Below, in pieces: positions 36,016-49,269 of a stretch of DNA of 64,000 bases. Below the pieces are notes generated by a model. That model had not been told where the DNA came from. It made no database searches and was given only the letters and a program-made list of their open reading frames with translations. Location: contig JASCQW010000027.1 in NCBI GenBank assembly GCA_030264375.1, positions 47,081,579 to 47,145,578 on the forward strand, given 5' to 3'. The stretch is from Carcharhinus longimanus. Taxonomy: Eukaryota. The position numbers were made by a program, and so were the translations under genes. Each line of letters starts with the position of its first letter. Positions within the stretch are counted from its first letter, which is position 1.

Positions 36016-37699
36016 ANNNNNNNNNNNNNNNNNNNNNNNNNNNNNNNNNNNNNNNNNNNNNNNNNNNNNNNNNNNNNNNNNNNNNNNNNNNNNNNNNNNN
36101 NNNNNNNNNNNNNNNNNNNNNNNNNNNNNNNNNNNNNNNNNNNNNNNNNNNNNNNNNNNNNNNNNNNNNNNNNNNNNNNNNNNNNNNNNNNNNNNNNNNN
36201 NNNNNNNNNNNNNNNNNNNNNNNNNNNNNNNNNNNNNNNNNNNNNNNNNNNNNNNNNNNNNNNNNNNNNNNNNNNNNNNNNNNNNNNNNNNNNNNNNNNN
36301 NNNNNNNNNNNNNNNNNNNNNNNNNNNNNNNNNNNNNNNNNNNNNNNNNNNNNNNNNNNNNNNNNNNNNNNNNNNNNNNNNNNNNNNNNNNNNNNNNNNN
36401 NNNNNNNNNNNNNNNNNNNNNNNNNNNNNNNNNNNNNNNNNNNNNNNNNNNNNNNNNNNNNNNNNNNNNNNNNNNNNNNNNNNNNNNNNNNNNNNNNNNN
36501 NNNNNNNNNNNNNNNNNNNNNNNNNNNNNNNNNNNNNNNNNNNNNNNNNNNNNNNNNNNNNNNNNNNNNNNNNNNNNNNNNNNNNNNNNNNNNNNNNNNN
36601 NNNNNNNNNNNNNNNNNNNNNNNNNNNNNNNNNNNNNNNNNNNNNNNNNNNNNNNNNNNNNNNNNNNNNNNNNNNNNNNNNNNNNNNNNNNNNNNNNNNN
36701 NNNNNNNNNNNNNNNNNNNNNNNNNNNNNNNNNNNNNNNNNNNNNNNNNNNNNNNNNNNNNNNNNNNNNNNNNNNNNNNNNNNNNNNNNNNNNNNNNNNN
36801 NNTGAAAAGTGATTAAAGAAACAGGTTTGAGTAGGGGTAAGTACTAGTTTGTAACTATAGCAAAAAAAAACATTTTCCTTCATCAATCTCAAAAGTGTAA
36901 TTAAAAGCTCCTGTTATTTTTTCACTTTCTCACAGAGTAAAACAAACATGCTTTTGTAATGCCTTGGAAAAAACCCGCAGAGTTGCTTAGTGTCTTAACA
37001 CCAATACTATAAACAGCATAGACTCTACGTAGGGAAATAATTACACTTATGCTAACTTATGGTAATGTTATGTAATGCCCTTAATTGACCATTTCTGTTG
37101 GATCTCCAATGATACATTTTTGAATATCTTACCCAGGTAAGATTCATCCAGATACAATATAATCGAAAATGCACTGACTGGACAAAACCTAAATTTGAAA
37201 GATCAAACGTACAGTGATGTTGCGAGCCTTGTTACTGTTCAAGTGAATGGATATAGTGGGCACTGCCAGTGCAGTAACAATGTCGTGTTTAGTTGGCGGA
37301 GAGAGAACTTTCTGCCAAATTTTAAAGAAAGCTGTTAGCAAAAAGTAAGTCAAGGTTCATCTCAGTGTGTGCACACAGGGAAATTTGTGTTCAAATTATT
37401 CTCTCTGTTACGCAGTCGAATATGTATTGTATTGTCATCCAAACTGCAGTAATGGAATACTGGATTGCTACGCTATATTTTGAACTTAGTCAGTTCTTGC
37501 TTTTTATTTCCTAACATAAAACATGGCACTGAACTCCTCCTTTATTCTTGAAATAGTTCCAAGTGTATGAGGAGCATGCTTCCTAATGTCAGTTGCTACT
37601 GCAAAGTGTAAAGTTATTTCTAATGGTCATTTGTTATGAAGAAATATATTTAGTGAAGAGAATCATTAAAAATAATTGCCAAGCTCTGTGGTTTTAAAA

Positions 37700-38760
37700 A
37701 CTTACTAATAGTTCTTTCTGGCAAATTCCTTTAGTGGTGTTTGATATACTATGAGAATGAAAGCTCCCACATTGATGTATTGAACCTCTGAGTGGACAAG
37801 AAACTTTGAGACTTAAATCTGCCTATTGCTTTGTCCTCAACGAATCGAAGCTAAATAAAATGTACTCACTGTGGTTTTGAGTTTACAAGCAATCGTCACC
37901 TGAAGTGGAGCACTACCCCTGCCCTGGATTCAATTACTGTAGTAAGGTGACTTCACAGTGCCACTGCTCAGTGTAGCACCCAATGAGAATTCTGATTCCA
38001 GTTGCATTACTGTAATTAACTTAACCCTGTCAGAGCCGGCTACAAAATATCCTCACGTTTCAGTTGAATTTATCTGAAATTATTAGGAAAATTAGAGCAA
38101 TTTCATCCTTCACGCCATTTACTCTCTGAGGACATGATTCCCCCCATGGAGCAGGCTGCATCGGGAGTTTCACAGCTCTGCAAATTAATGGTTCATATCG
38201 TGAAAATTCAGCTTCTTTAGCTCTCTGTTTCTCTCTCTCGATATATCCCCGCCCCCCCTCTCCCAGTATGAAAAGTAATAAATTGTGTGAGTGTGATTTC
38301 TTGCCAATGGGTAAGAAGTAGATGATTTAGATCACATTTTACTGCCTGATGAGCAGTGTCCTCGCGGTCAGACTTAAGCCTGTGTCCCCACATTTCTCAT
38401 TACTTTTGAGCTAAATAGGGGCTGATTGTATCTAAATTGCTTAGCGCGGGGGCCACAGCCAAGCGCAGTGAGCAGAGGAGTGACCTGCTATTCAGTCTGG
38501 GAATAACCTCAGTACGCTGCTACAGCATTAGCGCACTTGAAGTTTTTTTTTAAGAAATGGGGGGGGCTGTTAACGCTCTTGGCAAAAACATAAATGTTGA
38601 AAAAAAATGTCTCGATGCTTTGATATATAAAGTGGCATGTGAGAACGAGGTGGATAATGACACTTAACAGCTTTGGATGGATTAGAGTCCGATTGTCATC
38701 TTTACTGCATTGAATTTAAACAATTAAAATAGTGGTTTGAAGTTTTCAGCAGTTCTGAGT
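37700..38760. promoter_or_regulatory. Candidate conserved non-coding element/enhancer
   Basis: No recognisable repeats over about 1 kb; dense TAAT/ATTA motifs; retained CpGs; conservation not tested. Confidence 0.4.
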
Positions 38761-39271
38761 AGACTATGCCGCCTCCTGCTGGCAGGTTGCATTCTGGCTT
38801 CGTCTTTTACATGGAGAAAGAAATTTGCCAAGATCTTTCTTTACTGGCTTGTTGCACCTTCATGTGGGCTTTTTGCCAGACTATGATTATGGAGCAATGT
38901 AGCGTTTTATGCCGGTTTTCTGTCTTCCTTTCTTTTACCCAGAAATATAACACGTGGCTCACCAAAACTTCAGGATTTGCATTTCAAATGGAATATAGCT
39001 TCAAAAAAGATGCTCTGTGTGCGTGTGTGTGTGTTTAATAGGCATGCTATTAGTTTTAAATACAGAGAGTATTCCAGTGTGTAAATAGTCTTCAATAGAG
39101 AACTCTTCACTTAAAAGGCCATCATAAGTACAGAACATGGTATGTTCGTTTTAAAAGTCTGAGACAGCAGCATAATTTGTTATTGTTAAAAGTATTTCAG
39201 AGAGATGTTGCCAGTCATCTGACAGCATGTGCTGAAGAGTTCATTCACAATGGCCACGCTGCAGGTGCTCC

Positions 39272-39359
39272 CCTTCAATAGCACAGCTCGTAGAGTCGAG
39301 GATTGTAGATGATTCAAACGGACATCCTTAGGTCGCTGGTTCAATTCCAGCTCAAAGGA
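39272..39359 (+). pseudogene. Intron-containing tRNA-Tyr(GTA), probably a pseudogene
   Basis: CCTTCAATAGCACAGCTCGTAGAG...TGTAG-[15-nt intron 39309-39323]-ATCCTTAGGTCGCTGGTTCAATTCCAGCTCAAAGGA; several CpG>CpA changes disrupt the stems. Confidence 0.88.
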
Positions 39360-39377
39360 AGCCCAATATTCATTTAT

Positions 39378-39690
39378 GGGCAGCACAGTTGCATAGTGGT
39401 TAGCACTGCAGCTTCATGCCAGACACATGGGTTCGACTCCTGGCTTGGGTCAGTGTCCGTGCGGGATTTGCATGTTCTCTTGTGTCTGTGTGGGCTTCCT
39501 CTAGGTGCTCCGGTTTCCTCCCACAATCCGAAAGAGGTGGTTGTTAGGTGCATTGGCTATGCTAAATTCTCCTCAAGTGGACCCGAACAAGCGCTGGATT
39601 GTGGCAATTAGGGGATTTTCACAGTAACTTCATTGCAGTGTTAATGTAAGCCTGCTTGAGACTAATAAATAAGCTTTAAAACTTTAAAAA
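39378..39690 (+). mobile_element. HE1-like SINE (alternative tail)
   Basis: gggcagcacagttgcatagtggttagc head; cagtaacttcattgcagtgttaatgtaagcc tail. Confidence 0.87.
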
Positions 39691-42600
39691 CTTGGATGAT
39701 TCCATCAAGCCTATGAATTGAGTCAGGCTTTAGTGATGTCGCAAATTAAAAGCAGTTGTCATATGCAACTGGTTAAAAATCTAATTTGCAATCTAAGATT
39801 AACGTCTCATTTAAATTGTAGCTGGTTATTTTTGTTTTAAAGTTGATGTATTAGTATCATAAGTAGACTTCATTAATACTGCAGTGAAGTTAAAGTGAAA
39901 ATCCCCTAGTCGCCACACTCCAGCGCCTGTTTGTGTACACTGAGGGAGAATTTGCTTGTGTTCAGAAAGCCATCCTTTAAGCCGTTCTTCTATATGGGCT
40001 GCCATTTACTTCATTCTCCGTTGTGCAGGGTCCTAAATCAGCTGGCAATCATTGTTTGCAAACTTTTGGAATGCGGCCAGTTGTATTTTACTGTATTTGC
40101 AGAGAAGGTATTAATCTAACATTGCAGAATTTACACTTTTTGCAACTTATATCAGAGAAAATGGGTTTTAGTTACTTGCATTTTGGAAACACGGTACAAA
40201 CAACTTGTAATCCTCAGAACCACTAGTACCAATTTCAGCACTTGGAGGAGCAGGAGGCAAAGATTTATGTCATCAATCTTCAATAAAACATTCCTGTACC
40301 ATCAAGTTGGAGAATGTGGGGAAGAAAGGTTGTGATTTTTCACCATATTGTGACATGTTTTTATAGAATTGGTTTTAAAACCAATATTGAATGTACTTGT
40401 TGTTGAATATAAAACTAACATAAACCTCGCAGAAATGACTTGATTTGTGTTCCATCCTGGCTTCCCCCCCTCTCTAATCCAAAAAGAAACCAGTCATTGC
40501 CTCATGCATGTGTGTATGTTTGATGATACAAAGGGAGATAGTGGTATTAACAAAGAACAACACAGCACGGGAAACAGGCCCTTCGGGCCAACGAGCCCAC
40601 GCCGCCATTTTAATATTGTGAGTTCCCTCTTCCATCCATGACCTTTGTCTACGCCTATGGCACTCCACATTGGAAACCAGATTGAGGGGAGACTAATTTA
40701 GGGACAATTTGATTACACCAATCAGCCTAANNNNNNNNNNNNNNNNNNNNNNNNNNNNNNNNNNNNNNNNNNNNNNNNNNNNNNATGTGGTTGACTCTTA
40801 ACCGCCCTCTGAAATGGCATAGCAAGCCACTCAGTTCAAGGGCAATTAGGGATGGGCAACAAATGCTAACCCAGCCAGTGATGTCCACATCTCGTTATAG
40901 AATACAGGGGGGGAGAAAAGGCATTTTCTTGGGAGCATACTCTGTAGATTTTCACTTGTATTATGTGCGCTAACAGATTGACCACCCATTTTACACATTA
41001 CCAGACTTTCACCTTGCGGTAAAAGTGAAAATTCACTGTGTTGAGTCACCCCATTCAGTATCGTTAAATGGAACTTCATTTCTTATTTGAATGTTCTCTA
41101 AGACAGAAAACGAAGGCTTATGACTTTAATGGAATATTGTCAGTAGAACAGCATACTTGATCGGTATTTTGAGCACTAAGGCGGTTAATAAAAACTGAGT
41201 TCAGATTTCTAAACTTTTAAGTACCAATTAGGAGGAAGGCTCCATCACTGATCCCGCTCCATTAAATGGAACAACCCTTCCATATGTTAACCTACCCATA
41301 TCTCCTTGTGCAAGTTTTAAGCATATAGCAATTCTTAACACTTTCAGAATTAATTTGTTCACTCTTTCTTTCACAAATTTGGAATCTGAGAAATAGTTTT
41401 CAGCCTGCGAAACATGCGAAGCCTTTGTCCTCTGTGGGAGTCCTCTTTTTGTGGTAACTGGATGGTTCTTAGGCCACTTGTGTTTCAACTGTTGCAACAA
41501 CAGATTAACAGAGAATGGGATATCGATTTAATTGACTATGCACAACAGCCCCTTATGTTATATCACTTTCTCAACCCTGCCTACAGCTTTGTGTTATCTG
41601 CAGTGTTCCAGTGAAAGAACTCTCTGTTCCATTCTGTCTCTTTTTTTTCCTCTCCTTACTCTTGCCTTCCCAATTATGAATCATTCTAGCTTATCTGCAG
41701 TTGGGGTTAATTAATGCTGAGACCATCCAGGAGCCCAAATAAAGGCTTGATGGGTGCAGTTGCAATTACTACTTAGGTTTCTTTGGAGATTGCAGCCTGT
41801 GATTGCTTTGAATTGGACAGATGCAGGACAATAGCCAAAGGTTGAATGCTATGTAAATGAAATATGGAGAGGAATGGCTGGAGAGAAAGACAGATTCTCT
41901 GTAATAAGAGGTAGAATTAAGTGACCTTTTCAGAGTAGAGCTTTGGCTTTTAACTGTAATTCTAGGACAGGACTAACAATTTAATCAGCAGGAGCTTCTG
42001 GCAAATTACCAAGTACTCAGTGTATACATAGCAGTAAAATGATGTAAAGCTAGGTGCTAGTCTTGATAGCTATGTGTTATCACACTCAAAAGAGAGAGTT
42101 GAGGCCCTGTCAACTATTTAGAAATTGAGTTTTTTTTCATTGTCCTCCAGAGAAGTAACTAAAATGTTTCCCTGTTCCAGTGATTATAATTGAACTGCTT
42201 ACCATTTCCAATGCATTGCGCAGAGTCCCATAAAAGGTATTTCAACTAACAATTAACATTCAAAGAAAATGTTTATTCCAAAATGTCCAAACGATGTCCA
42301 CTTGAGATGATAGGCAGCAAAAACGAACTGCTTTGGTGAAAGAATGGTGGTCTGGTTCGACTCTCGCCTTGTCTCCGAATGAATTCCGTTGTGACCTTGT
42401 TGAACAGCTTTGCTACTTTTGCACTTTTGTCTGAATCACAGCTCTTTTTCTGCATCAACTAATCTAGCATTTTCTGTGGGGACGGTGAAAGGAATATGAA
42501 AAAGTATGCAAATTGTGTGGTGCGTAACAAAAGTGACTACGTATCGAAAATACTTGATTGGTTGTGAAGCACATTAGAACATCCTGAGGACATGAGAAGT

Positions 42601-43379
42601 GCTATATACATGCTAATGCTTTCTTCACTTTTTAATACACAGTGCTTTGATGCAGGGGAATACCAAGTACGGATCCAACCCAAACTGATGACATGAAAGA
42701 TTCCTGCCTGTTAGTTGTAGGGGCCCTTCGTAGATCAGAAATTCTCATACTTACTTCTCATGGTCTTGACTTACAGCAAAAGACTGTCCAGAATTCAGTA
42801 CGATTGGAACAAAAGTGGTGACATCACCTAGAAAGGCAAAAGGATGTTTGGAGAATTAGAAAATTGTATGTGGATGTAGTAGGAGGTGAGCTTCTGAAGT
42901 TTAGCTTGACGGCACATTGTAGGGGAAGACTACAGGATTTAATTTGCATCTGAAAGGGCTTGATGTTGACAATGGGTGACCGAAATGGAACTGTGGAGGC
43001 GAGAAGCAATAAAGTTCTCCTTGTTGTTAATGATAGCCTTCCTGTCGATATTAATGATCACAGAATTGTAATGGGGAAAAAAATCCAATTATAAATCCCT
43101 TACCTCTTCCTGTTTTCCCCATAACCAAAAGAATGGTAAAACCTTAAATGCAAACCTTAAACGGAGGGGAGATTTTTGTCAATAAAATATTGAAAATTAT
43201 TATCAAACATTGTTAGAACACAAGGCTACAATTTCAAGTATCAAATCAGCAAATATTTGAAAGAAAACAAACCAAGTGAAATTTGACAAGATCTTCAGTA
43301 AGATCACAAACATTGGCCTGTGTTATCAGCGGAGAGTCCCGCCACCAGTTGGTGAATTGGCTGGAGACCTGTGTTGCTT

Positions 43380-43631
43380 CAGTGAAAAGTCTGACAACAC
43401 CAGGTTTTAGTCCAACCTATTTATTTGATAATATACTCACTAGCTTTCGGGTTAGACNNNNNNNNNNNNNNNNNNNNNNNNNNNNNNNNNNNNNNNNNNN
43501 NNNNNNNNNNNNNNNNNNNNNNNNNNNNNNNNNNNNNNNNNNNNNNNNNNNNNNNNNTTGGACTAAAACCTGGTGTTGTCAGACTTTTTACTTTGTTTAC
43601 GCCAGTCCAACGCCGGCATACCCACATCATT
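43380..43631. mobile_element. Inverted (palindromic) Penelope-related short element spanning a gap
   Basis: aaaagtctgacaacaccaggttttagtccaa ... ttggactaaaacctggtgttgtcagactttt are exact reverse complements; minus strand has CCCGAAAGCTAG. Confidence 0.75.
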
Positions 43632-45879
43632 GCTTCAGTGAGGCAGGCTGCACTGAATGAAGTGTTTGTCAGACTTTCTCTGGGAATTAGGATCCCAGTT
43701 TCGGATATAATGCCTGCTCAGATCTGCTGGCGAATCAGAGGCCGCCAGATGTCCAGCTCTGGCACAGCCACTGGGAACAGTCTGCAGCCTGAGGTCTTCA
43801 TCAGAGGTCATTGTGGGATTGCCTTGGGGAGAGGTTAGTGGGCAGGTTGGGGTCATGGCAATGGGTTCACTCGCGGGAATGGGGAAGGATGTGGTCCTCC
43901 ATGGACACTCTTTAACCCACCCCCACCCTTTACGATACTGGCTCTCTCAATCAGGGTTTGCTGAGTAGTCCTCTGGAGGCATGGAAACCCATGCGTGTTC
44001 CAAAGAAACCCTGAGTCACCAATAAATTCTGTTGAGTTCTAGGTTAATGGCCTTTAATTGGCTCAATAATGAGCCTCGTTAACCAGCAGGCAACTTCTCT
44101 GTATCAGCCCATTCCTACTGCAGGCTTGATGGGGTGAATTTTCCCAACAGCAGGAATGGATGCACAGTCTCACCTGTGATTATGCCAGCCCACGCACCCA
44201 CCCACCTCCTTGTCTGCTCCATTACATGTGGTCTACTATGTGGGCTGAGAAGGGTTCATGTTGTTTTGAGGATCGCCAACAGATTAAGAAACAGGAGTGT
44301 GAGTGTAATATTGTATCCATTTGGATTCTTGAAACAAACCTTGGCATTGAAAACAGAAGCAGTAATTTTAACTCTGTGTGAAAGCGAAAAATGGGTGGCC
44401 TGATTTGCATCTCTCCCGATCTGTGTCTTCACTGAATATGGAAAGAGGGCAGATGATTCCCGCTCACCTCTTTTTGTACTTCCACACAAAGCCAAAATCG
44501 CCCCTTTTCAAACAATTGCTTGAATAAATTGTACCGCTGTGTTGTTCCAAAGTATCTCCTGAGATGTTTGCTGGCTTTAATAGTGCCAAGCTTACAGAAG
44601 AAACAGAGCTTGCTCATTGGCAGTTGTGCGAAGAAAACTCTGGCTGTTGAAAACCTTCAGTTGAGTATCTACAGAATTGTATTTCTTCTGGCAATACCAC
44701 TTATCAGACAATGCAGCTAAATGTATATTTCACTTTGTCCTTCTGTGCTGTACAAAATAATAAGTAGCAGCAAATTGACCTTCATTTGATCTGCTATCTC
44801 ATCAGTGGCACTGACAATCGTTCGGATAATTGTTTCTTGGAAAATCATTTAATGAGGCAACAATGCTGTATTGGCATGATAGTTGACTAATGAATTACTA
44901 GCAAGTAGCAGAGGTTTGTATTGTACCCTTTTATAATGAGTTCCTGTTTACCTGGAGGACTCAATTTACAAATGCAATATTTTGAAAGCAACCTCTATGG
45001 ATTATTATTCTCAACAATACACAAGGCAAAGCTTGCTAGAAAGGAAGTATTAAATGTTATTTATGCTTCCTGTCAACCCAGCACCACACTGCCATAGTTC
45101 CCCCCCTCCCCCAACCCCCTCGCACCAAGCAAGCAGTAGATGATTGATGACGATTAGGATATGAGTTTGGTCAGGTTCACATTCCTTTAATTCTCCTTAA
45201 TCTTCCTCATGTAGTTTTTTTGTTTTGGGAAATTCTGACACCCTTAATTTCAGAGGATTTTCAGATTGACTTCATTGCAGTGTTAATGTAAGACTACGTG
45301 TGAAAGTAACATATAAACTTTAAACTAAGTTTTGAAAACTAAATATGGGATCGAAGAGCAAAGGAAGTGATTCTGACTTTGGATGAGTCATAGGAAGTGT
45401 GCTTGTGCTGTCCGCTGAAGACCTTGCCAAGACGTTTGAGCCAGTTTTGGTGCCGTGACTCATCTGCTTCATGTTGGTGGAAGGTATGAGACTTGCATTT
45501 ACATCGTGCTTCTCACAGCCATCATATGTCTCAAGGTGCTTCCCAGCCAATGAAGCACATTTTGAAGTGTAGCCACTGTCTGTAATGTAACTTTAAGATC
45601 CCTCCTCCGATTGATCTTGTTACCAAGAAGCCTCGATCAGATGCCTGCTGGCTGCCTCCGACTGCCTGAAGTTCTGCTTCCATCTACTAGCTACCAAGGT
45701 GCCAGTGGCCACTCATTTTGGGCAAACTATCAATGGCGGGTGGATTGCTGTCAGTGACAGAATAAATTTTTAATCAAGCTGTGATTTTGTGCTTTTTCAT
45801 TTTGATGATCTGAACTTTGCTTCTGTTATGTGTCTTATTCACATAAAAGAACAAAGTTGTGTCTTTTATGATCTGAGGT

Positions 45880-46230
45880 CATCGCGAAGCACTATACAGA
45901 CGTCTAACTACTCTTCAAACATAATCTTGTTATGTAGGCAAATGAGGCAGGCAGTTTGGGCACTGCATGCCCCCCCAAGGAGCAATTATATGAATGGATA
46001 TCGTGGAGTTGGTAAAGGGATGACTGTTGGTCAGCACTTCAGGAGAATTCCCCTGCTCCCCACAAACATACAACGGGATCCAACTGAGCAGGCAGACCAG
46101 TCACATGAAAGACGGTGTGGCATTCCCTTGCACTGAAATTTCAGCCTTGGTTGCACGTGCCTGATGTGGGACTTGAACCCATACACTTTCTGAGTCAGGT
46201 TAGAATGTTGCCACTGACCAAGCTAACACT
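45880..46230 (-). mobile_element. SacSINE1/Deu-like tRNA-derived SINE, old
   Basis: Minus-strand head ...gcttggtcagtggcaacattctaacctgactcagaaagtgtatgggttcaagtccca; Deu-like ggagaattcccctgctc. Confidence 0.6.
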
Positions 46231-49200
46231 TTGCCACGGTAAAGCTTGTCTTTCCAACGAGCTCTTCAACACAAGCTCACCTTTCGCAAAGTGGCCGAAT
46301 TATTTGGGTGCGCGCGTGTTTCTGAGTTGTACGCTGAGAGATTTACATTTCTGCAGCTATCTTTGATATTCCAGAGTCTGTGCAGTTGTAAATGTTTGTT
46401 ACCATTGCACCTTAAGCAGTTGTGACTTTATCAATTAACACCAAATTGAAGCAGATGTGCTGTGTTGCTTTCAGTACAAGAGCGATTTTATTTGGAATAC
46501 AGATAGCCTTGGGTTAGATCGAGTATGAGATTCTTCTCAAATGCAAAAATCTGTTTTAAATTATTTGGAAAAATTGGTTTAATTTCTTCCTTAGTACTGT
46601 ATGCTCAAGCAGCTCATTACTAAAGGTACCTGTTCTTTGCAAATTTGTAGGGTTGGAGGGTACTCATTTGCACATAAATAGCCATTAACTGGTGTATTCC
46701 CAAAGCAGGCTTGTTCTTAGTGGCAATGGTGACCTAAATTACTCTCTAATTTTTCCAAAATTATTTCCGATTTTTGCTTCTAAACTTGAATATTTTTGGT
46801 TAATACGTTTCAGCTTCACGATTAAATATGATTTGAATGTAGAATATTTAAATATGGTAATGTTGTCATTGAATCAGCTAATTTTTGAAAATATTAGAAG
46901 AATTAAGGGATTGAGATTCATCAGCTGCATTAAGTAATTAGAATAGAATAATGTCCCTGTATAACTGCTTTTCAATATAAAAGGACATATCACATAACCC
47001 CAAGGAGGCAGGAAACAATACAGTATTTTATGAACTTAATATCATCATGAGTGTGTGTCAGGTTCATGGACCTCATTTCATTAACCTGACTGACCCAGAT
47101 GATCTTGCTGTTGTACCCTCGTCCTCATTTATGCCTTTCTCAAGTATGAATCGCACTGTTCAATTTTAATTCTGTCATCTTCCTTTCACCTCCCCTAACC
47201 CCTTGTGACCCACTATTACCACTACTTGGAGAGAATTTCATTCACCCGAGTCATTTTCTTTTCAACAATAGGATTTTTCCAATGATGTTCGAGATGGCTA
47301 TCCGTGCTTAATTATCAGCATTAACCAGTGACATTTTTTGATAGATTTGTACTCATTTCTAACACTGGCTTTACATTATTTGGATCAATCCTTTTTAAAA
47401 TATAATGTGCCTTTGAAATTTCGAGTAGTGCCTCAGCCACGTTGCAGCGTCTTAAATAAGATATATGAATTTGTACAGTGTTCGGCATGTAAGCATTGTG
47501 AAAGTGTGGATTTCAAAGGATTTTTTAATCAAAGCATCTTTCACTCTAACGTGTTTAAAATTTATGTTTCCATGAAAATCTAATGGTCGGTTAGGTTTGG
47601 GATAAAGTCTGTCAAGCAGTTCGAGGGGTGGAGGTCAAGGAATGTTTCATAAAAAACTCCAAAGTTAGATTATAGAATTAACAACCGGTCCTTGATATAA
47701 AACAACTGACGATACCGTACAACAGTTTACCAGAATCTAATTGTAATATATTTATTATTTTCCATGTTGCATAGAACTTCAAGAAACTACTTAAATCTTG
47801 TTGTAAACGATATTCTGTTGATATGCCAATGGCCTCTTTCAGTACATTGAGTTTGTGCAAAAGTGATTTCTTGATTTATGCCAACTTTGTTTTGCTAACA
47901 CTTCCAGCCTGTCTGCCAGAAAAGTGATTACAGTATTTAGTGAGGGGATTTATTGTTAGAGTTCCTGGGCCAGGCTTCGCTTAATTGCACATTGGGCATT
48001 AAAGGCACCCCAGCTAAAGGGGAGGTTCGGGGCGGGGCATGAGGTCCACTTACCGGGGTGAGTGGTGACACGGGTCCAAATGAAATATCCAGTGCACACC
48101 CAAATTGGGCTCTGAAACAGGAAGAGTCTATCCTTATGGGTGGCGAGGTGAGGGGCAGACGCTACTTGTTACATATGGAGCAATGTACTGGTTGGTATCT
48201 GTGAGTCGTTCAGATGGTTCACTGAATTTTGGCAATATCACGTTCGAGGGTACAGTCTGTTTTCTCACCCTTGTTGCATGCATCAAAAAATCATTTTGCT
48301 ATTTTACAGAAATTTCATTGAAGATACATATGTAAGTAACACTTTTATTGATGGGAAGTGAAAAATCTGTTGCTTGTGCTTCAAACAGGATCTACAGTGG
48401 GTGTGAACTCACTTATTCATAAAGTGCTCGAAAGGCTGCTGTGTCTGTGATTATTAACAGAAATGAGTACTGTAGAAGATTATTCAGACAGCGATGAAGC
48501 AAAAGACTATCTCCTTAAGGGGAAGATTTAGAAAAGATGGTTATGCTGGCTTTACCAATACATACTGACACTTGTGTTTTTTAAAGAAAAGGTTTTATTT
48601 GCCTGGTTCCTCAGTATTTCTGAGTTGTGTTTAATAAAAGTCTCATGCAACATGACCATAGCAACTGGATAAACGTGAAAGCTGTACTCTGCAGTAATAC
48701 CTAGATTAATGAATTCAGGAATAATCAATAGTTCCAGCTCAATATAGATTATGTGCAACCTTGCTCAGAGGAGTCTAATGTTAGAAAATTACTGAAGTGT
48801 CCAACAGGCAGAAGTACTGTAAAACAGCAGCCTCCACAGTGGTTTTCTTTGATCCTAAGGAATGAAAGGACAGGAGGATCAGCTCAGGCCTAAATGAGAT
48901 TACGGATGGTTCAGGAGCTTATCTGGTCTAATGCTAACTAGTGTGGCTTTGCTCATCCAAGGGTTTTTGCAGCAGACACTCTTTATCATGTATCATCATT
49001 CTGCTTCACAGTGGCAGACACTAATCCCTCCTTCAGCCTCATCCAGTTAACAGCTTCTGGGTGAACTGGGCTGAGTGCAAATGGTGCTCTCCTCCTGGGT
49101 GTAGGATGTACCTGACAACGATTCACACCCAAGTGTGTTTGATGTGGGAAGACAAGATAATAGGAAACTTTAACCCTTTCCTGTTCAAATAACCCAAGAG

Positions 49201-49269
49201 CAAGCTGGCACAGACTGATCATTCTACATGGCCTGAGGTGTGAAGGTTCCAGCCAACTACACGCAAATA

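Noticed and set aside
35864-36892. Long ORFs of 265-342 aa
   Set aside because: Artefacts of reading through an N gap.
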